Below are positions 22,495 to 33,400 of a DNA stretch of 45,783 bases, piece by piece (within the stretch, counting starts at the first letter, position 1; every line of letters starts with the position of its first letter). This stretch comes from Craspedostauros australis (taxonomy: Eukaryota): NCBI GenBank assembly GCA_030167865.1, contig JALAGF010004967.1, positions 1-45,783 of the forward strand. Direction: 5' to 3'. Position numbers and translations under genes: made by a program. The notes under the pieces are model-generated. The model was not told the origin of the DNA. It searched no databases and was given only the letters and a program-made list of their open reading frames with translations.

Positions 22495-24095
22495 GATGGC
22501 TGCTTGTCTGCCGTTGGCTGTTGCTTCCAGCGATATTGGGGATTATGACGATGCGCACAATCAAGCAACAGGGGATGGAGGCAATGAAGTAGCGAAAGTG
22601 TTGGACGTGTTGTGTTGGGAGAATGAGAGAGGAAGAGGCGGAGTTTGCGAATAGAGGGCACTCTCCTCCATCAGCAGATGCAGGCAGAATAGTATTGTGT
22701 TCTCCCGCGCAATCCGCCTTGGCTCCTGTTCCAACTGCTGAGACTTCGATGGAGCAGGCTGTGCAGTTTGACCGTTGTTGTTGTTGTTGTCGTTGTTGTC
22801 GTCATGGAGGCATGTTCATTCTCATGATGCAGATGTGCAGGCAGAAAGAAACAAAGAGGGCGAAGATGTCCAACGATTGGGTGACATCACGTCACATGAC
22901 ACAACAAGGACGCAACCCACGACCACACGTACTTGTTGCAGGAAACAGAACTTTTGCGCATTTCCATCTGCTGCGCAACGCGAACACGCTGGTGCCGGCA
23001 CTTCTTCAGCTTCTTCTCCGCCTTCGACTGCAACGACACAACAACGCAATTCCAAGATTTCCAATCGTGCATAATTACACGGCACACAATTGTGTTGTCC
23101 CGAGCTGACCGGGATTAGATGTAAGTCACGATCGAAGACCAACTGTTTGAAATCCTGTGAATCCACTCACGTTAGGACGGTTCCCACGAGAAGTCTCCAA
23201 CGTTGCGACACGATGACTTTTCGGTTCGCCTTGTGACATGTCGCATGGCACAGTCCAAGTAACTTCTGTTGGTCCGCTTTCCGTTTCATACTACGACCAG
23301 ACGAACGAACACTGCTTATTGGTCGGAACCAGCCTTTTCTTGTTCGTGATTTGGTCGGGGTTTGTGGCGTGGCGTTACTCGAGTTAGCGCAGACATCCAT
23401 TCACGCACGCATGCAAGACGGACACGGGAGTGATCGAAGGACGAAAAAGAGACAACCAGAGAGCACAACGCGTGGTTTTGTGTTGTTTGTTCTCGTGTTG
23501 GAAACGCTTCCCGAGGACAACGCGTGATGGTGGTGGGAGACGACAGAAACAAGAAATACCAATCACAACGATGATGGCACCAAAAGAACAAAGATTGGGC
23601 CCAAAAGCACCCGGTCGCCGTGGTCGTACGTCTATTCGTGGCGTGGCAGTACTCGCGGCGCGTAGCTCGTTCGGGGAATTGCAACGATCTGGAACCACCC
23701 CCTGCGGATAATTGCGCCAACCCAGGGAACGACCAACCTCGCGAATAGTCTCGCTACGTGATTTGTGTTGTGTGTGTGTTGTTTGTGTTTGTGGCTGTCT
23801 GGATCAAGGGCGAGGAGGCAGCGGACACGACCAGAGTGCCGCGTTGTGCTGCACTTCGCCGCAGAGGCATACGCGTTGCCCGTACACGCGAGCGCCAAAA
23901 CGATACTCGTTCTTCCGCCAGCGCTGTCGTGTTCTGCCTCTCTCGCTCTTCCTTGGGGGGAGCCTCGCTCTCTGGACCCACGAACGGCACCGACAACAGC
24001 TTCGGCAAGAAGACTGAAGGCCGAAGAGCAACTTGGCCATTGCGGAGTCCACTCCGCTCCACCATTCTAATACCCTGTTCTCTACGAGTGTTCTC

Positions 24096-24150
24096 TACAG
24101 GTAGTCGCTACAGGTAGTCGCTAAAGGTAGTCTCGACAGGTAGTCTCTAC
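24096..24150 (+). repeat. 13-bp tandem repeat x4 (TACAGGTAGTCGC-like) upstream of the giant ORF
   Basis: tacaggtagtcgc tacaggtagtcgc taaaggtagtctc gacaggtagtctc. Confidence 0.85.
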
Positions 24151-24459
24151 TATACAAACAGACAGAGCACCTGCTTCGCCAGCACAGCAAACGAGGAAAG
24201 CAACGACTATACCGCCCATCATCTCCCTCGTTAGCACCATAGCTCGTACAAACTCGTACGGTTGTTGTATCGTCCAAGAAGGCGAGCACAATCGTAGTTG
24301 CAATAGACACGAGGCCTTGGAGGAGACTGCTCTGCTGGCACGATCTATTCTGTCGCCAAAGTCCCAACTCTGCTTCGGTCGTCAGCGCCAGAGTATAGTG
24401 GAGTATAGCAGAGTAGAGTACTCTGGGCTGCTCTGGACTACTCTATCTCCACAGGAACA

Positions 24460-27400
24460 ATGCCCATCGTCGACGTCGCAACGAGAGACGCAAGACATAC
24501 CAATACAGCAGCAGCAGCAGAAGCAACAGCAGCAGCAACCCATTCGCACACCTCAACGAGCATCATCAACCACACAGGTCAGGTTCACACTCGTCCGCAT
24601 GCTCCTGCTCATGCCAACTTGCGTGCCAACTCATACGAGAACAGCAATCTTGGGAGCCACAGCAACGAACCCCATGCCCAGTTCCTCAAGACCCAAGTCG
24701 GCCTGAACCAAAGGGCGAAGCACAGAAGCAACAGAGGCCACAGCATCAGCCGAAGTCCCAGTCGAAGTCGAAGTCCCAGCCGCAATCAGAATCGCATTCA
24801 GAATCAAAGCAGCAGTCAGGGGCATCGAAAGACGGAACGGCTGCAATCATCCAACGCGGAGGCCAAATCTATTGCAGCTCAGGAGACTGCTGCTGGCGCT
24901 GCTGTTGCTGCTGCTGTTGGAATCGGTACCAAAGGCGCAGACTTGGACATTCATGCTTGGGGAGGAACAGATGATCACAGCGATCCTCATCACGATCTTC
25001 ATCACGATCCTCATCACGAGCTGCACAAACATATGGACCTCGTCAACAACAGCTCATTCTCCACGGCCAGCCTCACCACCGCAATGACGAGCTCAAGGAC
25101 GGTCGTCTCCACCAGATCCACCTCTCCTGGATCGCCCACATCCAACGCAACCAATGCCCTCCATGTCGCTGCGCAAACCGTGGGAAGCGTCAGGGAAGGC
25201 AACGACGAAGCCGATCATGATGCCTCCCTTGTCTCCCTCCTCTCCAACAACCAAAGCTGGACGGGACAGCCTTCCCCTGTGCGAACGACTGCGCCCAAAC
25301 CGCCAACCCGCGTCTTGACCACCTCCTTTGCGCATATCAAAGATGGGGCGCCGTCTGCTCTCACGATGTCGGTCGTCGAAACGCAAACACCGCATGCCCC
25401 TGACTATGACTATGTCTACAAGCCATCTCGTCAGCGTCAACGTCAACGTCAACAAACACCATCCACAGAGTCGACAGCATCAACGCCATCAACAGTGTCA
25501 ATGCCCGCTGACGAACTCGAAGCAACAGCCAATGTCACAGATGCCATGGACGCAAATCAAACATCGGATGAGGAATCTTATCAGATCGGAGACAGCGATG
25601 ATTCCATCTCCCTCTCTTCTTCCTCTTCCTCCAAGCGCAAACGAAAGCGTGAGCGCGCAAACATGAACGCAAACAGATCGCGTACATCCAGCAACGCCTC
25701 CAGTTATGATGCGGATGTGGACGCGGACGCAGACACCAACGATGGTGTTGCCAGCACCTCCTCTTCCAACTCTGCACGCGACTTCAACGCTCCGCAACAT
25801 CACTATCCGCACTCGCAATCGGATCACCTGCCATACCACAGCGCAAGCGCAACCAACAACATACAAATGAACATGAATCACAGCCATTCCAGCTCCGGCA
25901 CGCAACCAACTTTCAACACTTCGGCATCGCATCCAAACTCACACCACCAACAGCGACAATCGCATGCGACAGCGCCGATAGAACGTTCCGATCATCATGC
26001 GAGACCCAGAGGCAGATCGCGTACCAACACAAACGGATCCACAACCTATGACACAAACAGCCATCAGCATGGACATCCACATGGACATCCACATCCACAT
26101 GGACAACCACGGGATGCATTCGCGCTCTCCAACTCCAACGTCCACGCTCATGCCCACACCCACGCCTACACCACCCGCATACACTCCTCGGCCTCCACAG
26201 ATTCATCCTTCCTCTCCACCGGAGGCAGCAGCACAACCACGGCCACCACCACCAACCGCACTCGCCCGCATCGCAATGGTTCCGGCATCAGCATCAGCAT
26301 GGAAAGCACCACGGACGACAGCACGGAGTCCACCATCGCGCCTCTCCGTTCCTCCTGCTTCCATCGAGCCTCCGTCTCCTCGGATGCATCCACAGTCAAC
26401 CAGCACAACCGCAGTGAGAAGTACCGCTCCATGATACGACCAACCCACAGCCACGACTCGTCAGCCCTCACCTCCAACACATCGCAATTCGACAACGATC
26501 ACGTTTACAACGCCCACAATCCGCACATGCACGGCAACCCCAACAACCAGCATCTCGATCCAAAGTCATCCCCCTCCTGGAAATGGCAGCACTGCATCCA
26601 GAATCAGTACTGGGAGGAACTCGAAACCCTCCTCCAAACATACAACCCCAAACATCATCCCACGGAACATCAGCATTGCAAGCAGACCCTGGTCAAAAAG
26701 AAGCCAAAGAAGCGCAAGCGACGTCAGCTGCGCGTCACCAAGTACTTCCAGAACATGTTCCAAAGGAAGGGCAGCATCGATGCGGACGACAACAACAGCA
26801 GCAACAGCAACAATAACAACGATCGCAATAACAGCAATCAGGATGATGGCAAACCACGTGCTGCTGTTGCTGCTGCTGCTTCTTCTGCGAATACTCACAC
26901 TGGCCTTGCCAACAGAGATCTCAGCCTCGATGACGATGGCAGACCAATCATCTCCACCCTCACCCATGACCTGGAGAGCGACGATGAGGGCATCTCCATG
27001 AACACAAACGCAAACACGACCACGACGACCAACACCGCGACGACCAAGTCATCCAGATTGTGGAGGCACAAATCGAAGAACAAATCAAAGGACCTCCCAT
27101 CCTCCCCCCTTCTCTGCGTCGACCCGCAAACGGGACGCACACCTCTGCACTGGGCCTGCTGGGAACGTGTTCCCAACAAGATCGTTCAAAAGATGCTCTT
27201 CGTTGCGCGTCTCGCTGCATCCACCAAGGACAACCAGCATTCCTACCCTTTGCATCTGGCAGTCCAAGCGGGACGTCGCAACCTCGATCTCCTCGACAAG
27301 CTCATCAAGGCGTATCCACCAGCTTCCTGGCAACCAGACGGGCAGGGCAAGACACCCTTGCTCTGGGCCATCGACGATGCCATCTACAACTTCGACGGTC

Positions 27401-30400
27401 CCATCCCCATGGCTGCCACGGGCGTTGCCCCTGACTTTGATCCCGTCAACGCAGACTTCCGCAACGCCGGCAATCGCGATGGAAGCACAATCGACAATCA
27501 CAATGCACATGACCATCACAATCACAATCACAATACTACCAACGATATGAATGGCGCGGCAGCGAATGGCGAAAAGGTCACGCCACCGCCGTACTGCTTC
27601 TGGGGATTCCCCCACTACCAGCACCATCAGGAATGGCAGCAACGTCAGGAACGCAGATTCGCATTGGTCAAGTGGCTCCTAGAGAACCGCATCGCGCGCA
27701 ACAAGCCCCTCAACATCAACGTCGAGAATCACACCGTCCTCCTGGAGTGTCTGCAGGCAGCTGCACCACCATCCGTCATTCGATTGATCTTGCAAATGTC
27801 CATGGACAATCTCCTCGAACCCATGAAGTCAAAGCCGTCGTCTCAGCCGGAAGCCGCCGTCAACGCCCTCATGGGACCGCAGCCCATCACGACGGCGGCC
27901 GCCACGTCAAAGAAGGAGCGTCTCTTGGCTGGGCCTGTCCTGTCGTACCTCATCTCTCGACAATACCCCAAGGATTTGTGGATCTCCGTCCTGAATGCGT
28001 GCCCAACCTCCTTCCTCAAAACGTACAAGGATCCCATGGGCCGCGGACTGGTGGCCAGCCATTACCGAGTGGCCTGCGTCTTGCACGAAGATGCGCCGGC
28101 TCCGCTGCCCTCGCCATCGTTGGCGGAAACCGCAACCGCCATGATCGCTGCAGCAAACGGTGTCGCAACCGCCGCAATCAACCATCCTCCCAACCGAACT
28201 CGCAAGCTGCGTTCGCAGTTCAAGCGACGTCGCAATCGTTCCGATGATGGCAAGGGATCCTACCTCCAAACAAGCACGTCCTCGTTGCTCTCCACGTCGT
28301 CCATCTCATCGGTGTCAACCCTGCATGACAGCTCCGACAACGAGGAAGGGGAGGACCGCAGCGGCAGGAACAACCATACCCTGGTCGCCAAAGGATCGTA
28401 CCGTCGCACGTTGCAGGAATGGGCATTGGCGAAGGAGCAGCACGACATCGACTACACACCACCAACACCTTTCATGGAGTGGTGGGATAAATTGCAGCTC
28501 CTCCTGGAGTACTGGGCGACGCACGAAATTCCAAAACGACTCCGGTCGGCCAATTCTCTCGGCACCGCCGCAGCTTCCATTGTGACCGATGACGATTCGC
28601 ACACTGAAACTGAGCATTCGCAGCCTGATGGCAGCAATAGTGATAGCAACGGCAACGACGACAAGACCGTCATCAATCCTGACATCGAGCTGTCGGAGGA
28701 GGTTCACGAGGAGCTGCTGATGGTGCATTCCGCCCTCACCAACTCGGATGTGCCTCCATCGCTCTTGCAACTGCTCGTCGCGCTCTATCCCAACGCCACC
28801 GAACTCCCCCATCCCAAGACGACCGCGTTGCCCATCCACTTGGCGTGCCGCGTTTGGCGGTACCGCACCGTGCCACCGCGGCGAGGTGAGACACATGAAG
28901 TGCTGCTGCTCAATGACCTTTGCTCGCAGCTGATTGAGACGGATCCCTCCTTCCGCACGAAACACGCCAGGTACCGGCAGAGACTTGCGATTCATCATGC
29001 CATCGCCGCCAACAAACCATGGAACTTCATCCAGCCCCTCGTGGAGGCCAGCCCCATCTCGTTGATCCAGCGAGATCCCAACACAAAGCTGTATCCATTC
29101 CAGATGGCGGCCAAACCAGAGGTCCAGCTCGACGTCGAGGTGTTGACCAAGTCTGCGTTCACGGACTTCGAATGGAACAACGCGATGCCGACCGAAGAAC
29201 AGGAACGCGCCATGGAGGTCGTGGAAACCGTGATTGAGCTGGAACAATTCACCTTGTGCTTCGAATTGTTGCGCGCCAATCCAGACGCCATCGATCCGTC
29301 GGTGATTCGACGCAGAGAAGCGGCGCGCGTGGCACGCCGCGCATCGCTGGGACTGTCCACAAAACGGAGCAAGTCCAAATCCATCCTCGCCAGAGCGGAT
29401 GATACCATCACGGATGCGTTGCAAATCAAGTACGTGCAAGGTCTGTTCCATCTGGGTCACGTCTCGGCGCATTACATCGGCTGGGCCTACGACACCAACG
29501 CGCGCGGGTGGAAGGTGCATCGATGCAACCTGGCCGTCATCAAGGAGGCCATCATGGATGGCTTCGTCTCGACCACGTTGCACCCTTGGTGGAAGAAGCT
29601 GAAGTTCTGGATCTGGCAGGAAAGCCGCATCGTGGTGCCGCACAGCGAGGAGTTCCTCCTGCATGCCGCAGTGTCCAACCCAGACACGCCGCTATACGTC
29701 ATCAACCTGATCCTCGAGATCTTTCCCCGATCGGTGTCGATCCCCATCCCCAACTGCGTCGAATGCTATCCGTTGCACATCGCCATGAACACGCCGAAGT
29801 ACTTGCCGCTACCGTTCGAGTTCCCGCATCCCAAGACCGCGATCGAAATGATCCTCCATGCAAACCCTGACGCTGCGCTCATCAAGTGGGATCACGTGAA
29901 GCTGCCGTTGCATGTGGGAATCACCGCGGGGAAAGGATGGGATGAGCTGAAGGCGGTGGTGGATCAGGAGCCGGATGCATTGGCTGTGCCGCAGGAAGAC
30001 CTATTCCCATTCCAGATGATGGCCGTCGGCCAGCCGTATTCGGAAGAGAAGCGGTTGCGGTTGGAAGAATCGGTCCGCAATCAGGTCGGCGCTTCCAAGT
30101 GGAGACAGCTGACGCCCCACCAGAGGGTGCTGGAGAACAGCAAGGCGTTGGCATCGCAGGACCTCAGCGTAATGTCCAGCATCTTCCAGCTGCTGCGACG
30201 CAACCCGCTCTTGCTGTGCCTGGGAACGGACTTTGTGGCCATCCCGCCACATCATCACCGCCGTGACGCAAGCGGCACAGGCAAGGATGCTGCTGGTCGC
30301 AGACAGCGGGCCGCCAACATGGCCATGCTGTCGACGCACAAGCGCACCTGGCTGAACCAGAGCTTCGACTCCAACCTTTCCCTCCGAAGTTTGGATTTCC

Positions 30401-33400
30401 TGGAGGAAGTGTACGAGATGGATTCCTCCAAGCTGTCGCTCACCTTGGAAGATGCATTCGGCGAAGGCTCATTCTCGTTGGATAACAACAGCACTGGCAA
30501 CAACCAAAGCGGTTCCTCCGCGTCGATCCAATTCGGAATGGACAGCGGTCTCGGAGGCGGCATGAACGGCTTTGGCGGTGTCAGCATGAGCAATGTTGGA
30601 GGAGTTACTGGCGGATCTCCCGCCGTGGGCAGCCGACACGCCAGATTTGCACCGTCTCCAGATAACTCCGCAAGCAAGTTCGATCAGTCCATGTCGTTGG
30701 ACCAGCTGGGAGGCGGTGCCTCGTCGTTTTCGCGAGATGACAGCTTGACGCTGACAGATCTCTCGCACTTGCCATGGGCCAGCTCTCTGGCGCGTGCGCA
30801 GCGTCGCAGGCAGTCTCTGGGCGGGAGCTATCACTCGCGCGGATCCACGTCGCCCAATAGCTCCATCCGGAGCGATCAGTCCTTCTCGCTGGATCAGCTT
30901 ATCCCCAGGACATTCTCTAGAGACGATAACATCTCGGAATCCTTGCCGTCGCGGCATGGCAGGCCACCGACCAGGCCCATGCGCCGTCGTCTGTCGCAGT
31001 CTTCCGCAGCGTCCTCACAGGCAGGCGGTATTGCCAGTCATGGATCGAGAGACTTTGAGAGCAGCGACCAGTCCATCACGCTGGAGGGTCTCACCACGGG
31101 CACGTTGCCGTTGAACGATACATCCTCTTCGTTCGCCAGGCGTCAAGGTGGCGGTGGTGTTGGTGTCAATGGTGGTGGCAGAAAGCAGCGGCAGACACCC
31201 ACGAAGGGGGGAAGGAAGCAGTACCCCTTGGCAAGGGCACCCATGAACGATTCCATCCGCGCGGATGGGTTTGGTTTGCACGGAAATGCTATCTTCCGCC
31301 GACACCAAGCCGCAGGTAGCCGCGCCAACCAGCAGGATGGTGATGTCATCGAAGAGTTCAAGGAAGACACCAGCAGCGACGAGGCGGAGATGGAGTATGA
31401 GGAGACCGAGTACGAAGAGATGGACCCCAACTTCGAATCGCAGTTTGAATTTGACTTCGAAGAGCGGGATCCCAACTTCTCGTCAGAGGAGGAGGACTTG
31501 GAATATGAAGAGGAAGATCCCAACTTCTCCTCCGATGAAGGCGAGCTTGGTCAGGCAAAGATCATGCCCAGCTTCGACTCCAAGGACTGCGCGGGCAACA
31601 ACGCCACTCCGGAGGTGCGTACAAATGAAACACCAAAAGCGGAGGCAACGTCAGGAGACACAAAATCTCAAAATACGAACGACAGCAGTTACGACATTGG
31701 TAGTGATGGTGCTGATGGTGCTCCACATGTCGCTACTGGCGATGAGCATGATGATCAAGCGAGCAGCATCACCGCAAGGAAAGCAATTGGTGGGCCAGGT
31801 ATCATGAGCGTTGCACGCAACGGAAAAGTGGTGGGCGATCTGCGAGAGCCATCGAAGACGAAGTCCGGCAAAGCGGGTGGGTCGAAATCGAAGGGACGCG
31901 ATGATGCAACAATGGAGGCCAAGTCCATGCCATCGAAAATTGAGAAGAGAGCAACCCTCTCCAAACCAAAAAGCATTTTGCCGAAGACTACGCTTGATGT
32001 CACGCCAACTATGGTTGACAAGAAGACGAAGAAAGGCGAAAGCGCATCCGCCAACCGTGACGAACTCCTCAAGGCCAGCATGGCGGCCATCGAGAACGCG
32101 GTCCATGAAATCGACAACTCGATGGATATGCAACATCTGGAACAACTCAACTCGAGCTTCTCGTTGACGCCCCCCATGGCGGAGGTGGTCACGCCGGATC
32201 ATGCGGACATGACGCTCTCCATCCCTCGCGATGGGCAGGTCATGCCGGGCTACGATTTTGGCAGCCGGAGGTTCACGGTTGCCGATGTGTCGCACTTGGA
32301 CGGCGTCGGGGTTTATTCTCGTGACGCGGACGCTAGCCGGCTGGAGCGCATTGACTCCAATCTGAAGCACGTCGTCGTCATCACGAAGCGAGAGGCCTTC
32401 ATCATCACACGGGACAAGCTGAAGATGCTCAAGGCGTCAGTGTATCACCGCAATCACAAACGATCATGGCTGCGCGTGCTTCAGAACTACGGATCGCAGC
32501 TCAGCTTGCGCGGTCTGCACACCCTGCGCCAAGATCAGGATCAACAGTTGGTGTCCATCGCCATGATCGACAAGAACATGGTCGTGGTGGACGAAGACGA
32601 GGATTACATCTGGATTATCCACGGCATTGCTGCGGCCAATCATATCGAACACTTCGATGTGCAGCAAACGATGGAGGCCGTGGCGTACTTTGAACGGTTA
32701 GGCGAGATCGCCACATGGTTGGACATCTTCTGCAAGCCAGAGCTTGCCAACTGCGCTTTCCAGGCCAAGGAGAACTCTGCCATCGTGAAGTGGCTGGCAC
32801 ACATCATGACGATGGAGCCGTCGAACGAGTTCAAACCTGCGCTGAAGCAGAGCGACTTCATACTCACGCCGGCCATCCTCCGTAGCAGCATGACGCATTA
32901 CGAATCGGGCAATATCTCGGAACGGCTGCCGCTGGATAACAAGCTGGTCTTCGCGCTGAATCGGCACAAGCTGAGAAACGCGTTGCGTTTGAAGCAGAGG
33001 ATACCCATCCACTTCCAAATCCCGCGTTCGCACCGCTACAGCGTCGCTCGCAAGGCGATCGTTCGGACCTTGGAACGTGACCGCGTGCTGGAAATCCTGA
33101 AGGTGAAGCAGCTCACGGCTTCGGGCGTGAAGTGCAAGCTCCGGCCGAAGAGCAAATCCCATCGATTCTACATCCAAGAGAAGATCGTGAATATTCCGTA
33201 CCGAATGACCACGAGACAGTTATCCCGTTACGACGAGAAGATGAAAAAGATGAAGCGATCGACTGCTAGGACCAGCAATGCCAGCAGCACGAGCACGAAC
33301 TTTGGCATGAGCATGAGCATCGGCAAGTGGGATGATAGTTCGTCAGGGTTCGACGAAGCGTCAGCGGTTGGTGCAAGAGCGATGAGGCGGCAGCTTGAGA

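Noticed and set aside
22600-24400. Cluster of short overlapping ORFs between CNX2 and the giant gene
   Set aside because: No motifs or consistent coding bias; consistent with a divergent promoter/UTR region.
28315-29664. 449-aa antisense ORF inside the giant gene
   Set aside because: Antisense shadow expected from codon bias; no recognisable motifs.
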